A stretch of 64,000 bases of DNA, taken from contig CAZAZW010000002.1 of NCBI GenBank assembly GCA_964489875.1, forward strand, positions 64,503 through 128,502, given 5' to 3'. Numbering within the stretch: the stretch's first letter is position 1; every line of letters starts with the position of its first letter. The DNA is from an uncultured Gammaproteobacteria bacterium (GTDB lineage: Bacteria > Patescibacteriota > Microgenomatia > Daviesbacterales > UBA10151). The notes beneath the pieces are model-generated. The model was given only the letters and a program-made list of their open reading frames with translations. It was not told the origin of the DNA and made no database searches. This document shows positions 1 through 9,222 of the stretch, in pieces. Both the position numbers and the translations under genes were made by a program.

Positions 1-2
1 GT

Positions 3-3000
3 TCACACACTGCCAGTGAAGTGAGTCAAACCGGCTACAGTGCATCTTCCTGGGGTGGAGATTGTAACAGTGACGGTACGATCACTTTGGCTTTGGGTGA
101 TAACAAAACCTGTACAATCACCAACGATGATACCCCGGCGTATCTGATTGTGATCAAACATGTTATCAAAGACAACGGCGGCAATGCAGTTGCTTCCGAT
201 TTCACTATGACTATCAATGATGTGATTGCTTCCGGAGGCAATTCTTTCCCCGGGCAAGCTGCACCCGGCACCAATAAAACACTCACTACCGTCGGCTCAT
301 ACAGCGTCACCGAAAGCGGGCCAACAGGTTATAATGCTAGCTTCTCCTCAGACTGTAACGGTTCGATCGCTTTGGGTCAAACCAAGACTTGTACTATTAC
401 CAATAATGATGTGGCGCCAACGATTCAACTGAATAAAGTGGTTATTAATAATAATGGAGGTAATGCTGGCTCCAATGACTTCGGTTTGACCATCGGTGGT
501 CAATCAGTTGACTCGGGCCAAACCCTAACTGTTAACGCTAATACCCCCCTTGCTATCAATGAAGCCGGACTTCCAGGTTATACCTTTGTCTCTATTACCG
601 GTGATGCCAAATGCCCGTCAGTCTTGGGCGGTTCAGTCACTTTAGATGAAGATGAAGATATTACCTGTACAATCACTAATAATGATGATGTCCCATCTTT
701 AACCTTGGTTAAGCAAGTAACTAATAATAATGGCGGTAATGCTCAAGCCACGGATTGGATTCTAACCGCCTCCGGCCCAACTGGATTTTCTGGCCCTGGC
801 CCCTCGGTTTCAAGTGATTCTTCTTTTAAAGCTGGCACTTACAATCTCTCGGAATCTGGTCCTTCCGGCTACAGCGCCAGTAGCTGGTTTTGTCAGGGCG
901 GCACTCAAGACGGAAACCACGTTACCCTTAATTTAGGAGAGAGCGCTACTTGTACCATCACCAATGATGACCAGTCGGCAAGTATTACTTTAATTAAAGA
1001 AGTAATTAATAATAACGGAGGTAATGCCGGCCCGAATGACTTTGGTATTTCTATCGGGGGACAGGTAGTCAATTCCGGAACTACACTAGATGTCAATTCC
1101 CATACTCCCATTGCTATTGATGAGGCAGGTTTAACGGGTTATAGTTTTGTCTCAATTACCGGCGATAATAAATGTCCGGCTACTTTGGGTGAAACAGTAG
1201 CCCTAAATGAGGGGGAGGATATTACCTGTACAATTACCAATGATGATCAACCGGCGCACCTCATTGTTATAAAGAAGGTGGTAAAAGACAACGGAGGAAC
1301 GGCAAATCCTGCTGACTTTACTATGACTATCAACGGGGTTGTCGTCCAAAGCGGAGGTAGTTCCTTCAATGGAGAAGATACTCCAGGTACCGTCAGAATA
1401 GTGGAACCCGGAACCTATAATGTCACTGAAAGCGGACCATCAGGTTATTCCAGCAACTTCTCGGCTGATTGTTCAGGGATAATTGCCCTGGGTGAAACTA
1501 AGACTTGTACCGTTACCAATAATGATATTGCTCCAACTTTGACTTTAATTAAATATTTACCTAATAATAATGGCGGAAGGGCTACTGAAAGTGACTTTAA
1601 AGTCTACGTTAATGGTCAACTTTCAAGTTGGGGCCAGCATACCCTCAGCGCAGGTCAATATACTATAAGCGAAGATACTTTGATCGGCTATGCGCCTTCC
1701 GCTTGGGGTACAGATTGTGATGTTGATGGGACAATTACTCTTAACCCCGGAGACAACAAGATTTGTACTATTACAAATGATGACGTGGAACCAACCCTGA
1801 CTTTGATAAAAAATCTTCCTAATAATAACGGAGGGACAGCTACCCAAGATGACTTTAATGTTTATATAGACGATGAGTCTGCAGTTTGGGGCCAAAATAC
1901 AGTTGACGCCGGGGATCTGACTGTTAGCGAAGACACTTTACCGGGTTATGAACCGTCAGTTTGGGGCGGTGATTGTGACGAGGATGGTGGAATCAGCTTA
2001 CTGCCTGGTGACAACAAGACTTGTGAGATTACCAATGATGACCAGCCAGCCCATCTCATTCTGGTTAAGAATCTACCAAACGATAATGGTGGTACCGCCA
2101 CCCAGGATGATTTCGATGTTTCTATTGACGAGCAAGAGGCGTTCTGGGGTGACAACGAAGTTAGTGCAGGTTCTCACACAGTCAACGAGAGCACGCTTGC
2201 CGGCTATACACCATCGGGATGGGGTCAAGACTGCGACGAAGATGGCAATGTGTCCCTTCTGCCAGGAGAGACTAAGACCTGTACAATCACAAATGATGAC
2301 GCTGCAGCTTTACTGGTAGTTAAGAAACAAGTCATTAATAACGATGGCGGAACCCTGGATGCCATTAACTTTACTCTTAATGTAACAGGCAATCAGCCTG
2401 ATCCTGCTTCTTTCCCGGGTTCTGAGTCCGGAACCATCGTGATCCTGGGCGCCGGAGCATATTCGGTTGATGAGACTGAGGTTCCTGGATATGAGAAGAG
2501 CTTAGGGGAAGATTGTGCCGGAACAATTGCTAATGGCGAAAGCAAAACCTGCATTATTACTAACGATGACCAGCCTGGTTCAATAAGCGGTATCAAGTGG
2601 AATGATGAGGATGGTAATGGCGAGCAGGATTGCGAGGATGATTCGGATGAGTTTTGTGAAACAGGTTTAGAAGGATGGACTATCTTTCTTGATAAGGATG
2701 ACAATGGAGTTCTGGATGAGGGTGAGGACTTTGAAGAAACTGATGAAGATGGATTTTATACTTTCACCGATTTGGACTCTGGCGCTTACCGGGTTTGTGA
2801 AGAGTTACAGGATGGCTGGGAGCAAACTTTCCCTGACAACGACGAGCTTAACAACTGCCATCTGGTGACTGTTTCCTCAGATGAGGATGTTGAAGACATT
2901 AATTTTGGCAATCAGGGCCGGGGTACTATTTCGGTTCATAAAAATGTTGACAATAATGGTGATGGTCAAGTGGATGAAGAAAACGCCACAAACTGGACTT

Positions 3001-4130
3001 GGGACATAGATGGACAGGGAGACTTTGCCACCGGTGACAGTGGCCAGGAGGTGGCAGCCGGTTCCTATGCTGTTTCGGAGGATCAAAAAGAAGGTTTCCA
3101 TGTAACTGATTTAGAGTGTAACGATGGAAATTTGTACGGTGCCTCTGAATCGGTTGATGTGACTTTAGAGGCAGGCCAGGATCTTTCTTGTACTTTTACC
3201 AACACCCGTGACAGCGGATCAATTACTATAGTTAAAGATATTGATAATAATGGGGATGGAGATGCCGATGATGTAGGAGATGTAAAGGGTGCTACTGACT
3301 GGACTTGGGACATTTTAGATGGCGATCAAGATAATCCGACTGGACAAACAAAAACTTTATCAACCGGGATATACACCATTAGCGAAGACCAAAAAGCAGG
3401 TCACCTGCTTTTGGGTTGGACTTGTTCCAATGAACAAACCGGCACCACTAATTCAATAAATATTAATGTCACAAGCGATTCGACAACCACCTGTACCTTC
3501 ACCAACCAATTGGTGCCGCCTGTTTTAACTTTAACAAAAGCAAATAATAGAACCGGAATTGATGTCGGAGCCGGATCAGATGTACTTTATACTTTAACAG
3601 TTACCTTAACCGGTAGTCCTCTTTCGAACGTTTCCTTAATTGATCTGCCTCCGGCTGGTTTTAAATACCGCTCAGGTTCTTGGACAGCCGTATCTTCCGA
3701 AAGGGGAGACTTAAAGCCTGAAATAACTACTGAGCCAACTTATGCCTCCCCCGGAACCTGGAGCTTAGGCGATATGGTAACCGGGGAAACTGTCACCCTG
3801 ACTTACATTGCAGATATTGATAACAGTACAGACCCGGGACTGTATAAAGATTTGGCCTGGTCTTCCGGTGAGGGTCAGACCTCAAGCACTGTTTTGGCTA
3901 ATGAAGATAGCGGATTCTTTGTCGGAACAGAAGTGAATGTGGTTGCTGGTAGCGGAGATTCAGCAGGAGTGAATGTTGTGCGGGAAGAGCGTGGTGAAGT
4001 TTTGGGGGTTTCTACTGAGCTTCCCCAAACAGGTATAAACACTCTCTGGTCAATTCTGGCTGTTCTTTTACTGGCAAGCGGTGCCGGACTTATTTTTGCC
4101 GGAATTAGTTTAAGGAGAAAATATGAATAA
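3..4130 (+). CDS. Giant cell-wall-anchored surface protein (adhesin-like), 5'-truncated at the window edge. It carries ~10 tandem ~90-aa SpaA/CnaB-like repeats, SdrD-B-like Ca-binding domains, a DUF11-like domain and a C-terminal LPQTG sortase signal.
   Basis: The reading frame is open from base 3 with no stop before the GTG at 21. The N-terminus begins mid-repeat (compare '..WGGDCDEDGGISLLPGDNKTCEITNDD') and has no signal peptide. The motif 'K(T/I)CTITNDD..LxLxK' recurs ~10 times at ~280-nt period, and 'G(T/S)Y.(V/L)(T/S)ESGP.GY' matches SpaA-isopeptide/CnaB-type domains. 'WNDEDGNGEQD..DKDDNGVLDEGED' is SdrD-B-like. The C-terminus is 'LPQTG' followed by a hydrophobic helix and 'RRKYE'. Confidence 0.8.
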   Translation, partial: SHTASEVSQTGYSASSWGGDCNSDGTITLALGDNKTCTITNDDTPAYLIVIKHVIKDNGGNAVASDFTMTINDVIASGGNSFPGQAAPGTNKTLTTVGSYSVTESGPTGYNASFSSDCNGSIALGQTKTCTITNNDVAPTIQLNKVVINNNGGNAGSNDFGLTIGGQSVDSGQTLTVNANTPLAINEAGLPGYTFVSITGDAKCPSVLGGSVTLDEDEDITCTITNNDDVPSLTLVKQVTNNNGGNAQATDWILTASGPTGFSGPGPSVSSDSSFKAGTYNLSESGPSGYSASSWFCQGGTQDGNHVTLNLGESATCTITNDDQSASITLIKEVINNNGGNAGPNDFGISIGGQVVNSGTTLDVNSHTPIAIDEAGLTGYSFVSITGDNKCPATLGETVALNEGEDITCTITNDDQPAHLIVIKKVVKDNGGTANPADFTMTINGVVVQSGGSSFNGEDTPGTVRIVEPGTYNVTESGPSGYSSNFSADCSGIIALGETKTCTVTNNDIAPTLTLIKYLPNNNGGRATESDFKVYVNGQLSSWGQHTLSAGQYTISEDTLIGYAPSAWGTDCDVDGTITLNPGDNKICTITNDDVEPTLTLIKNLPNNNGGTATQDDFNVYIDDESAVWGQNTVDAGDLTVSEDTLPGYEPSVWGGDCDEDGGISLLPGDNKTCEITNDDQPAHLILVKNLPNDNGGTATQDDFDVSIDEQEAFWGDNEVSAGSHTVNESTLAGYTPSGWGQDCDEDGNVSLLPGETKTCTITNDDAAALLVVKKQVINNDGGTLDAINFTLNVTGNQPDPASFPGSESGTIVILGAGAYSVDETEVPGYEKSLGEDCAGTIANGESKTCIITNDDQPGSISGIKWNDEDGNGEQDCEDDSDEFCETGLEGWTIFLDKDDNGVLDEGEDFEETDEDGFYTFTDLDSGAYRVCEELQDGWEQTFPDNDELNNCHLVTVSSDEDVEDINFGNQGRGTISVHKNVDNNGDGQVDEENATNWTWDIDGQGDFATGDSGQEVAAGSYAVSEDQKEGFHVTDLECNDGNLYGASESVDVTLEAGQDLSCTFTNTRDSGSITIVKDIDNNGDGDADDVGDVKGATDWTWDILDGDQDNPTGQTKTLSTGIYTISEDQKAGHLLLGWTCSNEQTGTTNSININVTSDSTTTCTFTNQLVPPVLTLTKANNRTGIDVGAGSDVLYTLTVTLTGSPLSNVSLIDLPPAGFKYRSGSWTAVSSERGDLKPEITTEPTYASPGTWSLGDMVTGETVTLTYIADIDNSTDPGLYKDLAWSSGEGQTSSTVLANEDSGFFVGTEVNVVAGSGDSAGVNVVREERGEVLGVSTELPQTGINTLWSILAVLLLASGAGLIFAGISLRRKYE

Positions 4131-5097
4131 TTTTAAGCTAATCACAACAAGTATACTTTTTGTGTTGATGTTTGTCTTAACAGGCCAAGTCTTTGCGGCG
4201 GATCTGTCTGTCAAAATTGAAACACCAAAAAGCTCAACCAGAGAAAACAGCTTTAAGATTGGTTTTGTGACCCTGGATATTCAGGGTAGATCAGTAACTG
4301 TGAAATGCTTGAAAAAAGGTCCTTCTGAAGGGAGCTTTACTCAATTCGGATCTGATTTTGTCTTTACGCCGGGAGGAAACAGCGGTAACTGTGAGGTGAC
4401 TTCCTCAATAATTTCCAGCCAAGGGACTTATCAATTTAAAGTTACTGCTCAAGCCGGAGCAGAGACAGCGGAGAGCTCAACTGTCTCTGTTTCATACGCA
4501 ACCGATTCTCCCAGCACACCGTCCTATTCTAAAGAGCAATTATCCTCTTGTGATTATAAAATTAAATTCAAAACTGCTGATGATGGCAGAACTGCTAAAG
4601 TGAAGATTTATAGATCTACCGAGACCAGCTTTACCGCTGATTCAGGGACAGAGATCGGCACTGTCAATATCGGCCCAAATCTGGAGGGAAGCTTTACTAA
4701 TTCTGTTCCGGATTGCAGCAAAACTTACTACTTTGCCATCAGGGCTTTTGATGATGCGGGTAATGGCTCTGGGGTAGCGAGTGATAGTGCAGTGACGGTA
4801 ATTACTACAACGACCACTGTGGCGGCATCCCCTACACCAGGTGGGGCTATTCCGGTAGCCGAGTCACAAGTCTCTGAAGGCTCTATTTTGGGAAGCACGG
4901 CGGCTGCCAGCGAAGAAGGGGTATTAGAAGAAGGGGTATTAGGAGAAGAAGCTACTCCCGGCTCAGAAATATCAGTTTCACCCACACCTCTGCCTCAGAC
5001 AGGACCCTTCACAAGGCTTTTTAGTTTAAGGAATTTAATCTATGCAGCTTTAGCAGGTTTGGTGATATACTTCCTCTATCGGCGGTCCCGCAAGTAA
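4123..5097 (+). CDS. LPXTG-anchored surface protein with signal peptide, Ig/FN3-like middle and a Thr/Ala-rich stalk.
   Basis: The N-terminus has signal peptide 'ILFVLMFVLTGQVFA'. The C-terminus is 'LPQTGPF' + TM helix + 'YRRSRK', the canonical sortase sorting signal. The start overlaps the upstream gene's stop (ATGA-type coupling). Confidence 0.75.
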   Translation: MNNFKLITTSILFVLMFVLTGQVFAADLSVKIETPKSSTRENSFKIGFVTLDIQGRSVTVKCLKKGPSEGSFTQFGSDFVFTPGGNSGNCEVTSSIISSQGTYQFKVTAQAGAETAESSTVSVSYATDSPSTPSYSKEQLSSCDYKIKFKTADDGRTAKVKIYRSTETSFTADSGTEIGTVNIGPNLEGSFTNSVPDCSKTYYFAIRAFDDAGNGSGVASDSAVTVITTTTTVAASPTPGGAIPVAESQVSEGSILGSTAAASEEGVLEEGVLGEEATPGSEISVSPTPLPQTGPFTRLFSLRNLIYAALAGLVIYFLYRRSRK

Positions 5098-5103
5098 ATC
5101 TTC

Positions 5104-5703
5104 ATGAAGAAATTATCACTTGTTCTGATAGCCTTAGGTTCTTTTAGTGTTATTTTGGCAGTTGCTATTTTTATAGCCATTTTCTATTCAGTAATTTCAG
5201 TGGAAGTAGGATATCAGATTAATCAGGTTTCTGGGCAGTCGGGAGTGAAAAAAGAAATAATCCCGCTTGATAAGGATTTTGGGGTAGTAATTCCTAAAAT
5301 TTCCGCCAATTCCAAAGTTATACCTAATGTGGATCCATTTAATGAGAAGGTATACCAAGAGGCCCTGACGCGTGGGGTGGCCCATGCCAAAGGAACAACC
5401 GTACCCGGAAAAGAAGGGAATGTTTTCTTATTTTCTCACTCTTCTGTAAATTTTTATGAGGCTAATCGATACAATTCAATTTTTTACCTTTTGGATAAAT
5501 TAACAGTTGGAGATGAAATAGACCTTTATTATTTAAACTCTAAATTTAAATATGTTGTTACTGAGAAAAAAGTGGTAGATGCTGCGGATGTAAAATATTT
5601 AGGCAACCTTGGATCAGGTAAAACTGTTACACTGATGACCTGTTGGCCGGCCGGGACCAGCTGGAAAAGACTGTTGGTAATAGGAACGTTAGCAGAAAAT
5701 TAA
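5104..5703 (+). CDS. Sortase (transpeptidase), membrane-anchored.
   Basis: N-terminal TM helix. Catalytic motifs are His 'GVAHAKGTTVPGKEGNVFLFSHS', Cys 'VTLMTCWP' (TLxTC) and the downstream Arg 'WKRLLVIG'. It lies immediately 3' of two LPQTG substrates. Confidence 0.85.
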   Translation: MKKLSLVLIALGSFSVILAVAIFIAIFYSVISVEVGYQINQVSGQSGVKKEIIPLDKDFGVVIPKISANSKVIPNVDPFNEKVYQEALTRGVAHAKGTTVPGKEGNVFLFSHSSVNFYEANRYNSIFYLLDKLTVGDEIDLYYLNSKFKYVVTEKKVVDAADVKYLGNLGSGKTVTLMTCWPAGTSWKRLLVIGTLAEN

Positions 5704-6503
5704 CCTTGAGTTGGAACTAATTCCTGAGTGAGAGCTATAGTAGCTGTGAATGCTAAGTTAATTGTACCAAGTTTTCCCATGATGCTTGCTCTATGATTAT
5801 TGGCTGTTTTTGGTGAGATAAAAAGCTGTTCTGATATTTCCTGGCTGGTTTTTCCTTGTACCAACAAAGCCAAAATTTCTGTCTCTCTTTCTGATAAGGA
5901 TTCACCTAGTGTAACCTTTTTAGCTGGAGGAAAAAATCTGCTTCTTTCCTCAGGCGGAACAGCAGCCAAAACCATGAAAATAGCTTCAACTCTATTTCCT
6001 GCGCCCAAATTATCTAAGATCGATGCTCGATGATTATCCGCAGTTTTAGGGCTGATGCAAAGTTTATCTCCTATTTCTGAACTTGTATACCCTGAAGCCA
6101 TCAAGCTAAAAACATCTTTCTCTCTTGGCCTAAATGCAACATTATTCCCACCAATTTGTAGGGTATGTACTGAATCTAACATGACTTTAAAAGCTAGGCT
6201 TGTTGCAACTCTTTCGTCTTCAGAAAACTTTTTGTTTATAGTAGCTTGGCGATCAGCGAGTTGATCTGGAGCGAGACCAAGTATCCATCTGATAGTAGTA
6301 GGATCCATTCCTTGAGCATTCAGATAAACAATCTTTTCTTCTAAGGGATCGAATCCTCCGTCAGGCAGCATTGTTTGTAAAAAGGCTGGCAGGCCTCTAT
6401 TATTTAAGTTTGGATTGGGTGGTCCTTCTTGATGTTGTAAATGTTCCATAAATTTAGCAATGTCTAATTTTGCAAGCCCATAGTTTAACATAACTTTTAT
6501 CAT
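5700..6503 (-). CDS. Transcriptional regulator with two tandem LuxR/GerE-type HTH domains.
   Basis: It has two copies of the LuxR C-terminal HTH signature: 'TSSEIGDKLCISPKTADNHRASILDNLG' and 'TSQEISEQLFISPKTANNHRASIMGKLG'. It converges on the sortase operon. Confidence 0.65.
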   Translation of the reverse strand: MIKVMLNYGLAKLDIAKFMEHLQHQEGPPNPNLNNRGLPAFLQTMLPDGGFDPLEEKIVYLNAQGMDPTTIRWILGLAPDQLADRQATINKKFSEDERVATSLAFKVMLDSVHTLQIGGNNVAFRPREKDVFSLMASGYTSSEIGDKLCISPKTADNHRASILDNLGAGNRVEAIFMVLAAVPPEERSRFFPPAKKVTLGESLSERETEILALLVQGKTSQEISEQLFISPKTANNHRASIMGKLGTINLAFTATIALTQELVPTQG

Positions 6504-6584
6504 TTGTCAAATATTTGTATCTAGGATCATTTTTAGATTCAATTTATATATAATGTATAGTGGAAAACTATAGGGAATTAAAAC

Positions 6585-7682
6585 TTGACAAGACATATTA
6601 GAGAAGACTATAACGTAGATGTTTCTATTTTAAATTTCCAAAAGAGAGGGGGTGAAAAAATATTGAATAAAGTAATAATGACAGTTTTTGGCATCTTCGT
6701 CTCTCTCTCTCTTCTATTTGTAACTCCAGCCTTAGCAGCAAAACCCGTTGATACTTGTCAGTATGTTGTGGACGGCAATATACCTTACGCACCTGGTCAC
6801 TATCTGGCTAGTCAGTTTTTAATGCCAGGATACGACGTATTTGGTTATAACTACCAAGCTCATATCTTTAACGGCAGTTTTGCTAATGCGTATCTAGGGA
6901 GACCGGGATCGGGATTACCGCCATATACGGGCGACGACACCGCTTATTTAGCGGAAAATCCTACTGCTGCGAGCCATTGGGCATGGCCGTTTAGGAATGT
7001 CCAGTTGCAGATGAAGTGGAATGACGCTTGGTTGGCTAATAAAGATTGCGGACCAGACGGTTTACTCGATAGACCTTCGCCCTATAAAGGTTCTGGAGCA
7101 TGGTTAACAAACCACGCAACAGGAACTTATGAAGGTAGCATATGGGATGCGACAGGTAACTATGTCATAAATGTAGAATATCTTGGGGTAGATTACCCAG
7201 AAGACTTAGTCCTGCTACAAAGCGGTAGTAGTATAACGGGCACTTCTCTAGAACTGGTTGGAGGTGGATCGCCATGGACAATAGATTCAGGTACCGTCAG
7301 TGGTAATTCAATAGAATTTGAAGGTTATTTTAACAGTAATCCTTCGATGAGAGTGCACTTTACAGGTAGTATTGCGGTTGATGGATCAATGAGCGGAAAT
7401 TGGGGAGATCTAGCACCGGGAACAAGAATAGGTATATGGGCCACAACATCCGGAGCGGCTATACATCCAATTTGTACAGTAAGCGATTTCGTCAAGATTA
7501 TTGCTCCACCTGCAACAGCAACAAAGGTAGCTGATGTTTGGTATACGGCTGATGAATCCGAAATCGGACAGGATATTTGGGGAGAGTTTGCCATAATCCA
7601 AGAAGAAGCCAGTGATCCTTGTAGTGAGTATGGAATCATTAACTACATGAGTCCTTTGAAAAAAGGTCTTGGAGGTTGGTAA
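6585..7682 (+). CDS. Secreted hypothetical protein; the true start is probably internal (TTG ~6663 or ATG 6678).
   Basis: Signal peptide 'MTVFGIFVSLSLLFVTPALAA' starts at the internal Met (6678). RBS-like 'agagagggggtg' lies at 6644-6655. I recognise no domain. Local GC looks higher than background. Confidence 0.55.
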   Translation: MTRHIREDYNVDVSILNFQKRGGEKILNKVIMTVFGIFVSLSLLFVTPALAAKPVDTCQYVVDGNIPYAPGHYLASQFLMPGYDVFGYNYQAHIFNGSFANAYLGRPGSGLPPYTGDDTAYLAENPTAASHWAWPFRNVQLQMKWNDAWLANKDCGPDGLLDRPSPYKGSGAWLTNHATGTYEGSIWDATGNYVINVEYLGVDYPEDLVLLQSGSSITGTSLELVGGGSPWTIDSGTVSGNSIEFEGYFNSNPSMRVHFTGSIAVDGSMSGNWGDLAPGTRIGIWATTSGAAIHPICTVSDFVKIIAPPATATKVADVWYTADESEIGQDIWGEFAIIQEEASDPCSEYGIINYMSPLKKGLGGW

Positions 7683-7866
7683 TAAGTAAAAAATTCAGCC
7701 CATCGGGTTATTACCCTGAGTGAACTTGTACTGAGCGAACTGGTGGTGAGCGTAGTCGAACCAGTCGAAGTAATCAAAGGGATGACTCGGTGGGTTGTTT
7801 TTTTGTCTTGCATTCAGTTTTGCAAAAGAGTATATTCCAATTGCTGCCTGAACAACTTTTCTTAAA

Positions 7867-8463
7867 ATGTCGGGCGTTTTTGTATTACTATTCTTAATTA
7901 CTTTTGTCCTTTTGATTATCAGTTTGGTTAAGCCTGGGTTCCTAAATCGAATAATCAAGAGAGAACTTTCAAGGAAACAAAGTTCGCTTGGTATAGGTGC
8001 AATATTATTAATACTTTTTGTCTTAATTGGTATAACAGGTCCTAAAACAGAAATAAAAGGTGAAAGCACAGTTCGAGAAAGTTCTCCTAGTCCTACACTA
8101 GAACCCACTCCTACACCAACTTTAAGTCCTAGTCCTACTCCAAGCCCGACACCATCTTCGACGCCAACCCCAACGCCATCACCGTCGCCGACGCCTAGTC
8201 TTTTGCCTTTGCCTACGCCTACATCTATACCAACTCCAACAATAATTGCTACCCCTACACCAACTCCTCAGCCAAATAATTCCTCAACATCTAATAACTG
8301 TGATCCTTCTTACCCAGATGTTTGTATACCAATAGGTGCTGCTGATTACGATTGTGCAGGTGGTAGCGGTAATGGTCCAAATTATATTCAGGGTCCAATT
8401 CGTGTTCTTCCACCAGATCCTTACGATCTAGATCGTGATAATGATGGAATCGGCTGCGAATAA
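7867..8463 (+). CDS. Membrane-anchored protein with Pro/Thr-rich linker and C-terminal Excalibur (extracellular Ca-binding) domain.
   Basis: N-terminal TM 'VFVLLFLITFVLLIISLV'. Linker is a '(P[TS])n' repeat. The C-terminal 'DLDRDNDGIGCE' matches the Excalibur DxDxDGxxCE motif. Confidence 0.7.
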   Translation: MSGVFVLLFLITFVLLIISLVKPGFLNRIIKRELSRKQSSLGIGAILLILFVLIGITGPKTEIKGESTVRESSPSPTLEPTPTPTLSPSPTPSPTPSSTPTPTPSPSPTPSLLPLPTPTSIPTPTIIATPTPTPQPNNSSTSNNCDPSYPDVCIPIGAADYDCAGGSGNGPNYIQGPIRVLPPDPYDLDRDNDGIGCE

Positions 8464-8550
8464 TGATGAATTCTGGAATAACCTTGCTTCCATTCGGTGG
8501 ATTGTTTTTTGTTGTTTTTGGGGAAATTTAAGCGATTCGGAGAGCAACAA

Positions 8551-9114
8551 TTACTGGACAACTTCACAACTATTTACATCAATAACTCCAACTGTTTGAC
8601 CACCGACAATCCCTCTTACAGTGACAGTTTGCCCATTTTTTAATGGCAGAAGTTGTTGCTTATCTTGTATCCTGCAACTAATTTGAGTTACCGAGAATTG
8701 CTTAGAAGCTACGTTATAAAATGAGATACCACTATCTGTGATATTTGATATTTGAGCTGAAAACTCGACAAGTTTATCCTTCCATTTATCTTTAGCTGCA
8801 ACTTGATTAGTGTCAAAATCATCTGCTAGATCTCTGGCACTTATTTTTTCAGGTGTTGGCGTTGCCTTAACCTCATTGCTAACATTTGTAGTTGTTACTC
8901 GATTGCTATTTTGATTACCACTGGTTGTAGATTGACCGCTATTCTTATTGCCGCTACTACCAATTGCTCCAATCATTCCGATTATAAATAAAACAAGAAT
9001 TCCAGTCAGGATTGGGTGTCGTCTAAACCAGCCTCTTTGATCCGTTTGGCAATGCGGACATTTTTTTGCTTTGCTGTCTATTTCCATTTGGCAACTCTTG
9101 CATTTTTTCGACAT
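8551..9114 (-). CDS. Zinc-ribbon / single-TM / DUF4352-like extracellular domain protein.
   Basis: N-terminal 'CKSCQ..x11..CPHCQ' zinc ribbon, then TM helix 'ILTGILVLFIIGMIGAIG', a Ser/Thr/Asn-rich linker and a beta-rich C-terminal domain. Confidence 0.55.
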   Translation of the reverse strand: MSKKCKSCQMEIDSKAKKCPHCQTDQRGWFRRHPILTGILVLFIIGMIGAIGSSGNKNSGQSTTSGNQNSNRVTTTNVSNEVKATPTPEKISARDLADDFDTNQVAAKDKWKDKLVEFSAQISNITDSGISFYNVASKQFSVTQISCRIQDKQQLLPLKNGQTVTVRGIVGGQTVGVIDVNSCEVVQ

Positions 9115-9222
9115 ATTATTCTGACCTTAATCTAATTTACAGTTTATCACAAGATATCAAGGTTTCTCAAAATCCTGTCTTGGTTGAACAAGCAAGAGAA
9201 AGACTAAAACAAATAAATTTAC

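Noticed and set aside
35-3313. Multiple antisense and off-frame ORFs inside the giant adhesin gene (e.g. 35..310 -, 905..1111 -, 1623..1895 -, 1946..2155 -, 1948..2319 +, 2393..2704 -, 2877..3313 -).
   Set aside because: They are shadows of the ~280-nt tandem repeats and are low-complexity, with no motifs. The + frame product is a coherent domain array ending in LPQTG.
7695-8108. 137-aa minus-strand ORF.
   Set aside because: It overlaps the convincing Excalibur-domain gene (7867..8463, +) by 240 nt and has no internal start that avoids the overlap. The non-overlapping 3' part is too short to stand alone.
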